In this document: positions 1-11,590 of the stretch, piece after piece | How the letters are laid out: every line of letters begins with the position of its first letter | Position numbering within the stretch: the stretch's first letter is position 1 | From: Gracilinanus agilis | Taxonomy: Eukaryota | DNA length: 64,000 nt | Assembly: GCF_016433145.1 (NCBI RefSeq) | Contig: NC_058135.1 | Span: 275,501,126-275,565,125 of the forward strand | Direction of reading: 5' to 3' | Made by a program: the position numbers and the translations under genes | Notes under the pieces: model-generated | Databases searched by the model: none | Seen by the model: the letters and a program-made list of their open reading frames with translations, nothing else | Told to the model about the DNA's origin: nothing

Positions 1-1
1 T

Positions 2-616
2 CACTTTCTGGCTGGGGTGGAGATGTTCATCCTGGTCTCCATGGCTTTTGATCGATATGTTGCCATCTGTAAGCCTTTGCATTACATGGTCATTGTCACT
101 CGTCAGAGATGTAACCTGCTAATCCTGTTTGCCTGGGGGGTAGCTTTCTGGCATTCTGTTGCCCAAATGCTCATGGTGCTTAAGTTGCCTTTCTGCGGTC
201 CTAATCAGATAGACCACTACATATGTGATGTGAAACCTCTCCTGAAACTAGCTTGTGCCGATACATATATTGCTAGTATCTTAGTCATCGCTAATTCTGG
301 AATGGTTGCCTTGGCTACCTTTCTGGTCTTGTTGGCATCTTATATTGTCATATTATATAACCTTAGAAAACGTTCATCAGAAGTTCGGCACAAAGCTCTC
401 TCCACCTGTGGCTCACACATCATGGTTGTGGTGCTGTTTTTTGCACCCTGCATTGCCATCTATGTTCCACCTCCCAGTGTCAGCATCAACGATAAGGAGA
501 TAACAATGTTTTATGCTGTAATTACACCCCTGCTCAACCCTCTCATCTACACACTGAGAAATATGGAGATGAAGAATGCCATGCGCAAGGTGTGGAAACA
601 AAAGAGATCTTCATGA
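2..616 (+). CDS. Olfactory receptor, OR4 family (OR4P/OR4S-like), 5'-truncated by the window edge (TM3 to C-terminus)
   Basis: Frame open from base 2 (HFLAGVEM...) to TGA at 614-616. OR motifs MAFDRYVAICKPLHY, FCGPNQIDHYICD, KALSTCGSH and PLLNPLIYTLRN. VIANSG, VVVLFFAP and EMKNAMRKVW are OR4-type. The GTG start in the ORF track is not the real start. Confidence 0.93.
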   Translation, partial: HFLAGVEMFILVSMAFDRYVAICKPLHYMVIVTRQRCNLLILFAWGVAFWHSVAQMLMVLKLPFCGPNQIDHYICDVKPLLKLACADTYIASILVIANSGMVALATFLVLLASYIVILYNLRKRSSEVRHKALSTCGSHIMVVVLFFAPCIAIYVPPPSVSINDKEITMFYAVITPLLNPLIYTLRNMEMKNAMRKVWKQKRSS

Positions 617-648
617 GAAGATATATGATGTTATTCTACATTTCTCTC

Positions 649-745
649 TGTATATGTATATACACACATATATACATATATATGTGTGTGTTTGTATGAA
701 ACTATATATGTACACATATATTCATTTTGCATGCATGCACATACT
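649..745. repeat. Mixed (TA)/(CA)/(TG) dinucleotide low-complexity tract just 3' of the OR4 stop
   Basis: gtatatgtatatacacacatatatacatatatatgtgtgtgt..., read directly. Confidence 0.8.
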
Positions 746-1789
746 TATCTACACATTTTTTCCCTAACCTCTTTGTAAATATAGAAAAAATGGCCAATTT
801 TACAAATGTTAAGGCATAAGTTGTGTCTTTATATGCTATTTATTCCCAGGTGAAAGGCAAATATTCTTTCTGGTGATATTTTGTATCTCTAACTCTTTTT
901 ATAGATTTTTGTAAGTAGCAAACAAAAATGGGTTAAATGATTGATTTAGAATTATATGAATACAAGCTTGATCATCTTTTTTATTCTATCACATATTTCA
1001 TTCCCAAACAAGTTAGTATTTTCTTATGATAAAGAGCATAATGAATCCTGAAATGAGCATAGCCCAAGATGAAGTTGTCAAGTCACAATATTTTGACTTT
1101 GAGACCCTCCCTTTAACTCCCATGTTTAACAACCTTTCCACTTATGACTGTTTTTACTATCTTTGCATATAATAAATAGAAGAGTGACCTGCAATGTCTC
1201 CTGGCCTGTTCTCAGATATCAGTTTTCTCATGAATTCCAAAGCAAATTTCTAGATATAAACTCACTATTAAGACATAGGGCTTCACCAAATTTCTAGTGT
1301 AGACATATTCTAAAGCTAATTTACCAGGAGTTACTAATTATCTGATCTATTTTACTTTAGCCAGTTAAAAAAATGATGAGTAAATTGGTGTTGACCATCC
1401 TATGCTTCATTTAACAAGACTATTTCTCTCAAAACAAGAACATATTTGGGGAACCTCAAAATCTTATTATTCTTCAAGAGCTCCTATATGCATATCTCCA
1501 GCTCTTTACTTTGAACATTGGCATTTCCTTGACAGTTCATCTGTTGAAGTAAGGATGCTAATATGGATTTATCTAATCAAAACTTGAAAATGAACCATTT
1601 CAAATTAAGGAAACCCTACATTCTACCTGATCTGCTACTTTTCAGTAGATCATGGGATCATAGATATTGGGGTAAAACATACTGTAGAGGGTATATTATC
1701 CTAACACATTAATTTTTAAATGATAAATTTGTAGTCTGTTGAGGTTAACTGAATTGTCCTGAGTGATATAGCTAGTAAGTGAAATAGAT

Positions 1790-2415
1790 AATATTCTTTT
1801 AAAAATGCTTTTATCTTTTATAATATTTCAAGTTATTTATGAAAATTTTTGAGATTTATTAAAAAATTGGGCTCAAAATCTCTTGGGCCCATTCCCTACC
1901 CCTTGGGAAGATGAGCAACATAATATAGATTATACATATGAAGTCAAGCAGGACATTTTTCCATATTAACCACATTGTAAAATAAAAGACACCACATGAG
2001 AAAAACAAGAGAAAAATTTATATTTCATGTATTAATTGCTTCTTTGGAGATAGATAGCATTTGCCTCCATAAATCCTTTGTAGCTTATTTGAAGGGTCAT
2101 ATTACTCAGTATAGTTTAGTCATTCAGAGTTACACTTTGAACAATATCACTTTTACTGTATTCCTATTCCCTCTGAATTGTTTCATGCAAATATTTACAT
2201 GTTTTTCTAGCATCAACCTTATTGTCATTTATAATAGCATAGTAGTATTCCATTACAATCATATTCCACAATTTTTCAGCCATTCCCCAATTGATGGACA
2301 TCTCTTCAATTTCTAATTCTTTGCCGCCACATAGAGACATGCTATTAATATTTTAAAACATGTAGGGTTTTTTTTTCCATTTTTTCCCTGTTCACTTTGG
2401 GAAAGAGACCTAATT
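1790..2415 (-). mobile_element. Old L1 3' end (ORF2 C-terminus plus 3' UTR)
   Basis: Contains gtagtattccattac...cagccattccccaattgatggacat, the reverse complement of the L1 ORF2 C-terminal region. The same motif occurs in the other L1 copies here. Boundaries approximate. Confidence 0.75.
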
Positions 2416-3304
2416 TTAAGAGTTAGGTGAGTGAAATTGTGGAATGGTAGTTATATTGAAAGTGATTAAGAAGTGATGGGACAAATATTTGACAGATCCA
2501 AAGATCCAAGTTTTTGGAAGAACCCATGAATAGACAAAAACTTCTGGGTAGACTGAAAAACAGTATGGCAGGAATCTTAGCACAGACCTATACCTCATGC
2601 TATATAACAAAAGTAAAGTTAAAATGAATCAATAATTTAGATATAAAGTGCAAAATCTAAACAAATTGGAGGAGCATAAAATATTTTACCTTTCTGATGT
2701 ATGGATGAGAGAAGAATTTATGTCCAAATAAGATATAAAGAATATTACAAGATACAAAATCAGGTAATTTTGACTACAGTAGATTAGAAAGTTTTGAGCA
2801 AACAAAACCAATGCCACCAAGATTAGAAAGGAAAAAATAAACTGAGGAAAAATTATAGTATCTCTGACAAAGGATTCATTTATCAAATATATAAGGAATT
2901 GAGTCAAACATAAAAAAAAAGGATTCCCCAATTGACAGTTAGTCAAAGGATATGGACATACAATTCTGAGATGATCAAATTAAAATTATCTTTGGTTTCA
3001 TGAAAAAAAAATTCTTCAGTCACTATGAATTATAGGAATGAAAATTTAAATAACTCTGAGTTATCACCTCACACCTATCAGACTAGTTAATATGATAATG
3101 GAGGAAAATGATAAATGTTGAAGACTTTATAGAAACAAAGGGAAACAATAATATGCTGTTGGTGGAGCTGTGAATTGATATAAACATTGTGGAGAGCAAT
3201 TTTGAACCATACCCAAAGACCCATAAAATTATGCATACTCTTTGATTCATCAATACCACTACTGGGTCTATATCCCATAGTGATTAAAAATAGAGGAAAA
3301 GAAC
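2416..3304 (+). mobile_element. Old L1 ORF2 3' region, left part (interrupted by an LTR element)
   Basis: Degenerate ORF2 sequence (aaacaaaaccaatgccaccaag, tctctgacaaagg, tatcacctcacacctatcagact, gctgttggtggagctgtgaattg) collinear with the younger L1 at 30007-31150. Confidence 0.8.
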
Positions 3305-5055
3305 TGACTGGAAGATTATCCTAGGATCTCTAGCATATCAAACAATGCATTGTTTGTTTTTTGATTTGACAAACATCAATGGAACTTTTACTTGTACAAA
3401 GTTGTATTGTATATAGCTGTATTATAATTACTAACACATATATAGTTTAGAGTTACTAACAACCTTAGGGAAAGGTAGCTTTAGAGACCTTTGGAATACA
3501 GTTAGTTAGGGAAAGTCACTATACTATAAGAATAAGTAATTATATATAGCCATATATATAGTTATGACTAACAAGATAATCTTAACATACTAATAATTTA
3601 GAACTTAGAAGTATTAACACCATTAATATAGTTTCAGCAAAGTACTAACACAAAAATGTATGAATATGTGTTTCTGTTTATGCCTAGACACAGTTTTAAA
3701 GTTCTCCTACAAGCACTTTGCTTGTAGAGTTTGACCAGGTTTAATGCCTCGTTTTGTTATAAGTCAGATAGCGAGTTGAGATACAGTTTAGCCTTTTGCA
3801 AGTTTGCATTTGATTGTATTTCAAAGATATTTTCATTGCATGCTTTAGAAATAGTCATTGCAACCTGTATTTGTTGCAAAGTTAAGTTTTGCAATTGTAT
3901 TACTTTGTTTCATATGTTGTCATGCTTGTATTTATATCCAAACCTTTTTTCCCTTTGTTTACCTTTCTTACCCTTCTTAGACAGTGGTAGACAGTTAGAA
4001 TAAGGCATAAGAACAGCTTTATGTTATTAGGAATAGATAGCATAGGGTTAAGTTGTTAAGAATAGGAAAGTTACTTTAGATGTAGTATAGATGGGAGTGA
4101 TGTGTGCTGAAATGTATCATGCCTGCAGAATTTCCAGTGGAAATTCTAGCTACAAGAAAAGCAGGGTTACTGTAAGATTCATATTGCAGAAATGGATTCA
4201 AGCTGCACAAGGGGGCTTAGGCTACATTTCAGAATTCCATAGGACCCCCCAAGAACTCTGAGAGAGGTGGCAGTTAAAGGCGATTGGAGCTCTGGGATGA
4301 GGTGGGCAGGTGTCTCGCCTTGTGGGATCTTGAGTCTTGGGTTGGTCTTGGGGCTTGGGACCTGAATCTGAGCAGAGCCATTTTAGTTCCTAACTGTCAA
4401 GCTACTTTACTTTGGTTAGACATTCAATAACATCACAATCTACCTTGGTTTAGCTATTTTGATATAGAAGAAGAATATTTATAGGGTTAGAGAGCCAATC
4501 AGCTATACAAGTTACCTTACCCCCTTTGGGGGGGGGGGTGGAACTATTTTGACATAGCTGTATGGTGGATTTCCTGACCTTATCTATCCTTATCCAACTC
4601 CCATCTTTCCCTTTCCCACCTTATCATTAAACCTTTTATCAATTGAGAACAGTGCCCAGTTATATATTTTGGGATATACTCACAACCTCCTCAAATCCAG
4701 TTCTTCCTACATTGTAGCCCTGAAGTAAATCCTAACCTCTGTGCCTGTGAGCTTCTAAGACATCAAGCTTCTCCAATACATTACTGTGGGGAAATAATTT
4801 AGAAAAAGTTATCATCTTTAGGAGTTTAGCCTTTCCTAACTTACTATCTTGGCCCAGTAGTTAACAAGTCTGTCCACCATTATCATATTGTAACTGACTT
4901 TCCAACTGCCTAGTGGAGGAGCACTTTGACAAGATCAGGCCCCTCCCTTCCATTCAAGCCTGTTTGTGAGTATGTGTGTCCCTCCATAGACAAAAGGATT
5001 AGGGAGATTTGACTGCTACAGACTCCTGTCATCTTACAGCTTCCCAAAAACAACA
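3305..5055. mobile_element. LTR-class insertion (1751 bp, TG...CA, 4-bp TSD GAAC), probably an LTR with a second LTR nested inside
   Basis: Starts TG at 3305 and ends CA at 5055, flanked by GAAC (3301-3304 and 5056-5059). Removing it rejoins the L1 as gaggaaaagaac|ctacttgtacaaatatt. No long ORF. Confidence 0.75.
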
Positions 5056-5650
5056 GAACCTACTTGTACAAATATTTATAGAAGCTCTTTTTGTGGTGGC
5101 AAAGAACTAGAAACTAAAGGAATATCCACCAATGAAGTAATGGATAAACAAGTTTTAGTATGTGATCATAATGGAATACTATTGAGCCATAAAAAATGAC
5201 AAACAAGATTATCAGGAAAAAACCTGGAAAGATTTATATGAAGTGATTCTAAATGAGCAGAACCAAGAGAACACTGTAAATGGAACAATCAATTGTGAAT
5301 AACTTAGCTATTATCAGAAAGGCAAGGTTCTATGATATCTCCAATGAATTCATGACAAAAAGGTGATCCATTGTTATAGAGGAACTGAAATCTGGATTCA
5401 TATTGAAGCATGCCATTCTTCACTTTATTTCCTCCACAAAGTTTTCTCTTTTGTTAGTGATATGTATCTTCTTTCACAACATGATAAATATGGAAATATG
5501 TATTGTATGACAACACATACAACCTATACATATTTCCTTCTGTCTTGGTGAGTGTGAGGGTTGGGAAGGAGGAAAAGAATACTAATCTGACAAAATGTCA
5601 GAAAATCATTTTTAACAATGGTACTGAAATGAATTTGGAAGAATATAAAG
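5056..5650 (+). mobile_element. Old L1, right part (ORF2 end plus 3' UTR)
   Basis: ctacttgtacaaatatttatagaagctctttttgtggtggcaaagaac continues the L1 broken at 3304. End approximate. Confidence 0.8.
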
Positions 5651-5772
5651 TGAGAAGACACAACATGGGTAAATGAAAATAGCTAACACCATCATCACCA
5701 AAACTGCTGCTATTATTGCATAGTGTCCTAGTTAGTCTATAATTAAGGGAGTGATGTAGGATTGTAGATTTA

Positions 5773-6025
5773 GGCAGTTAGGTAGTAATGTGTATAGAAC
5801 TTTGGTCCTGGAGTCAGGAAGACTCATCCTTCTGATTTCAAATCTGCATTCAGATACATAAATAGCTGGGTAACTTAGGTAAAGTATTTAAAATTGTTTG
5901 CCTCAGTATCCCCATCTATAAAAATGAGATTGAGAAGGAAATGGAAGTCATTTCAATATCTTTACAAAGACATCTCCAAGTGGGGTCACAAAGAGTCACC
6001 ACTGAAGTGACTGAACAACAGCAGA
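5773..6025 (+). mobile_element. MAR1/MIR-type CORE SINE
   Basis: tRNA-like head (ggtagtaatgtgtatagaac...ggagtcaggaagac), core (tttgcctcagtatccccatctataaaaatg) and MAR1-like tail (gaaggaaatgg...ggggtcacaaagagtc...actgaacaac). Confidence 0.7.
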
Positions 6026-6358
6026 TCTAGGAACTGGCAGGGTCAACTGATTTCTATTTGTTTTTGGTTCATAACTATAAAAATAAAAATTTAAATTCAA
6101 TTTGATATCACCTATATTTTTCTTCCTCCTTAACTCCCTCACTGAGTGGTATCACTCAATATGAAATGATTTTAAAAAAGACAAAAAAGCATAAAAAATC
6201 TGATAGCCTATGCTAAGCTCAATACTATTATATTGAATGCTACAGAGGAACCAGTGGGAAATGTCTTCTATTACTTTTTAGGACCAAACTTATTCTTTTT
6301 AATTACACAACATTCATTTTATATTGTTTTCCAAGTTTACTTTTTTTATTATTAATAC

Positions 6359-6383
6359 TATCATCATCATCATCATCATCATT
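6359..6383. repeat. (ATC)n microsatellite
   Basis: tatcatcatcatcatcatcatcatt. Confidence 0.85.
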
Positions 6384-6490
6384 GCAGGGTAAATCTGGAA
6401 ATGTTTGTGAGCAAAGGAGAAGTACTCACATGATGAAGAAACCTCACAAATCAGGGGAAGAAACATTGTATATTTAAAAGATTCAGAAGA

Positions 6491-6680
6491 GGGGCAGCTG
6501 GGTAGCTCAGTGGATTGAGAGCCAGGCCTAGAGACAGGAGGTCCTAGGTTCAAATTCGGCCTCAGACACTTCCCAGCCATGTGACCCTGGGCAAGTCACT
6601 TGACCCCCATTGCCTACCCTTACCACTCTTCCACCTATAAGTCAATACACAGAAGTTAAGGGTTTAAAATTAAAAAAAAA
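6491..6680 (+). mobile_element. Young opossum-type tRNA-derived SINE (SINE1_Mdo-like, short 3' form), full length
   Basis: A box tagctcagtgg, B box ggttcaaattc, A-tail, TSD aaaagattcagaaga(gg) at 6476-6492 and 6679-6695. Confidence 0.93.
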
Positions 6681-9475
6681 AAGATTCAGAAGAGGTGAGG
6701 AGGTATGGATATATACATATATGTATATAACAAAAATAGAGAAGTTGCTTTTGTTGAGAAGTAGCACTTTATCCTAATCAAGACAAGAAAAAAAGGGATA
6801 TGATGATATGATATAAGGTCTAGAAATTAAGGAAAGAGGAAACTCAGAGTCAGTTTAATATGAAATTATATATGATTTAGGGAGAAATATGTAACAAATT
6901 GGCTTTTTTTGAAGAAAAAACATTATAAAATGACAATTCTTAAAAAAATTCTTTTTGACAATTGTCTGCTGATGTACTATCAATGAATTATCTTTAATTT
7001 GTGCTTTATTACCTATTTGTAGATTGTCTTTAACAATGAAATAGATTATCAAATTTTGGCATAATGTAGTTTGAAGATACTGGCATATTTCCAGAAGAAG
7101 CATAATGAGCCTCCTTGGGAAATATTGGCTATTAGGGGATCTTAAACAAAGAACCAATAATGGTTTGACCATTGATATAATGAATAAAAACTAGTATAGT
7201 CTCTGTAGTAGTCATCCTTCAATTTACCACATATTTGGTATCCATGGAAACCTCTTAAGTACAACATTACAGAATACATTCTGAATAAAATGTTGGATAT
7301 ATATTTTTTCTAGAAAATCTACCATCAGTCTTCCAGTTCTCCTTATTTTACTGGAATAATCTGAGGATATTTTAAAGTACATGTATATAATTAGTGCCAT
7401 GTAACTCATGGTTTCATGCCATAGGGAATTTTGAATGAAGAACAGTGAAATGCTGTAGATTTTTTAAAAAATATTTCAGTTCCAATTACTTTACAACTAC
7501 AGAGTGAATTAAATATTCACAATGAATGCCAAATTATTGTCATATCTATATTTGTTAATTTTAGGAAAATCATGTATGCCTTTCTCACTAATTGGCACCA
7601 CATCCTCAAAATATCAACTGCATGAGAAAAGTTATTTTTTTCAAAGATAGAAATTATAAGTCAACCTGTTTTTCAAAAGAAGATATTTCATTTTCTAGAT
7701 TCTTGAATGTATTGCCTATTTTTATATATGTGCAAAGTTCATTAGTAATATTATAGCTTCAATTTCAAGAATAATAACTTTTTAAAAAAATAATAAATTG
7801 TGATAACTAATATGGGGAAAATAAATATAACTATATATAGCTAATGAAAATGAGGATTTTTTTTTTATAACTGACTAATACATGATGTACCTGGAGACAG
7901 TCAGTGGTCTATTTATTACACAATAGTGTCAAAAACTTAAGCATTCCATGATTAAAATTCTCAGAACCCTTATCACTAAGACTACTGAGCTGGGTAAAAC
8001 AGAGATAAAAGTTGGATTGAAGATATGTTAAGCTATTGAACTGGATTCAGAAAGGACTTTAGCACTCAATGAACTTTAGGATTTAATATATTCTTTGGGA
8101 TTCCATGGTTTAGAATAGAAGATAATCTAAAACCTGAATTCTTCTCTATACTCATCTTTGTGAATAAATGAATCAAATTGTTTCAAGTAGAAAAAAGAAG
8201 CATTCTTGTGCCAATTGAGATACTCTCTTGTCTTTATATCATAAGAAATAACATAATTGTAACACATTTTAAAAATAATTATACCTGTGTATTATTTGAT
8301 AAAATGCTTTAGTATGTTTCAGTCTGAGTTTCCAACATGAGGTATATTTCAAAATGAATACATCACCTATGGATTAATCTACTTTCTTGTCTGATGGGAC
8401 AATACATTTTTTACCAAATGCATTTGTACCCACCGATTATAGGTCTGGATTGTTGCTAAACAAACAATAGTTCTAATCATAACTCCTCACAATTTTTTTA
8501 AATTTCATATTTAGTATTTCTCAAATGCAGATGACAAACATTTAGATGTTTATAGTTGACCAAAAAATGATAGCACTATTTGCACCATTTTTTTCAGTAC
8601 AGCCTTCATATTCCCATGACCTTAGAACAGTCAGACTCCTACTGCTTTGTCTCAAGTATCTTAATTAATCACTTTCCTCTTGGAATTTATTTTAATTTTC
8701 TATCACACAACCCTTTTCTTGGAATCACTGAAAATGAAATTCTAACTGGTGGCTAGAAGCAAGGAAAGGGATTTAAGTAATAAAGGACATTAAGTAAGAT
8801 TCAAGATTCTCAAATGCTGCCAGAGAAATAATCTACTTTAAAATTTTCTCTTTTGTTATGAATAACATTTAATATAGGAGACTTTATACTAAATTTATGT
8901 TTATTAGTAAATAGAAAGATAAAAATAAGTTTTCCCAGTCTTCCTAACTAAAAAGTAAGATCCCATCCTGAATTCTACTCTGAAATCTAATCTCCACACC
9001 ACCACTTGCCAGAGATTTTAAGCATGATAAGAGACAACAGTATGGCTCAGAGAAAGGACAAGAGATACATGGGAGCCAAAAGACATAGTTAGCTTCCCCT
9101 GCTCACTTTTCAAACCTTATGCTAATTTCTCCCCTGGATCCTTCAATAGGCCAATGGTACTTTGAGGAAAAATGAGCGGTTCTGGCAGCCCAGACACTTC
9201 ATTTTGATTCCTATTTTGAATCCTTCTGGGGTTAGACTGCATTGGTAGTCCCCTAAATATTTAATTCACATACTTCACCATCTTCAGAGTTCAGAACTAG
9301 ATAGTGCACAGCAATGGGTATAATGAGAAATAAACTTGCTATTTGTTTTTGTTTTTGTTTTTTTACTTTATCCATTGACTCATTATCAATCCTATTGTTG
9401 ACAAATCATCTAATCCCTCTGAGTCTGAGTGTCTTCATCTGTAAAGTGGGAATATTAAGCAACCTAGATGCATTT

Positions 9476-10180
9476 TTCTTTTTTTTCTTTTATTATATTT
9501 TCCCAATTGCATGTAGATACAGTTTTTATTATAATCTTCTGAAATTTTGTAATTCAGGTTCTCTCGTCCCTTCTTCCCCTCCCCCCCCTGAGATGACAGG
9601 TGACATGATATAGGTTATACATGTACATAGAATCATGTGCATATAAACATATAATACATTTATCCATGTTTGTCATGTTGTGAAAGAAGACATATATCAC
9701 ATACAAAAAAAAAAACTCATGTAGAAAATAATGTGCAAAATAGTATGCTTCAATCAGCATTCAGACTTCATTAGTTCCTTTTTTGGCCAATGGTTAACCT
9801 TTTTCATAATTAGTCCTTTAGAGCTATCTTGAATCTTTGCATCTCTAATTAAAGTTGTCATTCACAGTTGATGACCATATATTAATTGTTTTTACTGGGT
9901 GCAATGTTCTGGTTCTGCTCACTTCACTTTGCATCACTTCATAAACTTTCCAGGCTTTCTGAAATTGTCCTGTGAGTTATATCTTATGGTACAAGAGTAT
10001 TTTATTATAAGAATATCCCACAGTTTATTCAGCCACTCTCCTTGAAGCACATTACATCAATTGACAGTATTTTGTCACCTCCAAAAGAGATGCTATAAAT
10101 ATTTTTGTACAAGTACATCCTTTCCCCTAACTTTGCTATTTTTGGGATACAGACTTATTGGTAGTATTGCTGGAAAATCA
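9476..10180 (-). mobile_element. Old L1 3' end with T-rich tail
   Basis: T-rich tail at 9476-9500, L1 3' UTR, then ORF2 end (ttcactttgcatca, gctataaatatttttgtacaag). Confidence 0.8.
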
Positions 10181-10834
10181 GTTTAACTTAACATGTTCTA
10201 AGGGAAAACTTGTATTTTGAAACAGAAATAACTTTTTTCCAAATGTAATTTAACAAATACTAAAGTTCAGTTGATTTTAAATCATGAAAGTACTTTTACT
10301 TACATAATATCACTCGAGTCTTGCAACAATCTTTTGATTTAGATGACATTATTACTTCCCCTTTTACAGTTGAAGAAGTCTAGTGTCAGACAGGTCAGTT
10401 GAGTTGCTGATGGTCACATATGGCAAAGGTGGATCTTATTACTTCCTAGTTCCAATCATGCCATTCATTATCCAAACTGTCTTTTCAGAGATCTATAGCA
10501 CACTAAATGAATTAATGCAATGAGTGACTCTTTTGCTTGCTTGAGCTTCTATTATGTACTTTATTAAATTTCAATTTTATTTTGATAAAAAATAATACAA
10601 TCCATTTAAGTTTTAGACCTATTCACAAAGAGCTATAGAAAGAATACTAGATTCAGAATCATATCTGAATTTATTGCTAAATTGGTCATTGGATGACTAC
10701 TTTTGAAATGTAATTTCAACCTTCTACCTCATTTCACTAATCTGTGAAGTATAAGTTTGTAAGAAAATGAAAAGATCAAAGTCTGACATTTTCCATGGTT
10801 TTCTGACCCAAATCCTTATGATAGTGATGAAGAT

Positions 10835-11050
10835 TTCTTTTCCTTAAAATTGCCTGTTCATATCCTTTGACTGTTTACCAGCTGGAGAGTAGCTCCCTGC
10901 ACTTCACCTTTTCTTTTTCATAAATTTGGCCTAGTTCCCCATATTTTTGAGAAATAAAGCCTTTAGCAGATGAATTGGCTGTAAATTTCTCCCAAGGTTC
11001 CTATTATCCTTCTAATTTTGACTGATTTAGTTTTGTTTATGCAAAAGCTA
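10835..11050 (-). mobile_element. L1 ORF2 fragment, probably the continuation of the 9476-10180 copy
   Basis: aattgcctgttcatatcctttgac...ttctaattttgactgatttagttttgtttatgcaaaagc matches ORF2 of the other copies in reverse. Confidence 0.65.
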
Positions 11051-11590
11051 AATGGTAAACAATCTTTGAAATTCATGTATGATCTTCCCCAATATGAATA
11101 TAAAAAATTTAACCTTATTAAGCCCCTTTTGATTTCATTACTTGGTTCCACCATTGATCTTCTATTCACATAGCATTCAGCCTGTGAATCCATACCTGTG
11201 TCATTGATCTCTCTCACATCAGTTGTCTTGGTCTGGAACAGTGCTTCCCTCTGCATTTTTGCTGTCTCTGATACTCTAGATTTCTACTTGTGTTTTATAG
11301 TTTTTTGGATGGGGATATTGAGAGAGGGTTGGAATGCTTTCTCTGCTCTGGCGTCTTTGATCTGACCGAAGAAGAAAGACAATTTCTTAATAGTTGAGCC
11401 TTAATGTTACAATCATATTGCTTTTTGATAACACAAATATATAACATCTGGGAATACAAAAATATTGTCTAAGGATTTAGACTGTTACTTGAGAATGGTA
11501 TAAGTTTTGGAGATAGGTAGGGATAAGATTGAAATTACCTTTCTGTAGTCACTGAGAAAAATTGTTAGAAAAATCAGATTGTGAATTTTT

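Noticed and set aside
306-767. Short ORFs overlapping or antisense to the OR4 gene (306-503, 413-601, 576-767)
   Set aside because: They are alternative-frame by-products of the OR CDS and the microsatellite, with no independent coding signal.
1790-5650. Opposite-strand L1 pieces meeting at about 2415, suggesting a twin-primed (5'-inverted) L1
   Set aside because: Both pieces contain the same ORF2 C-terminal region and each has its own 3' end, so they are two insertions.
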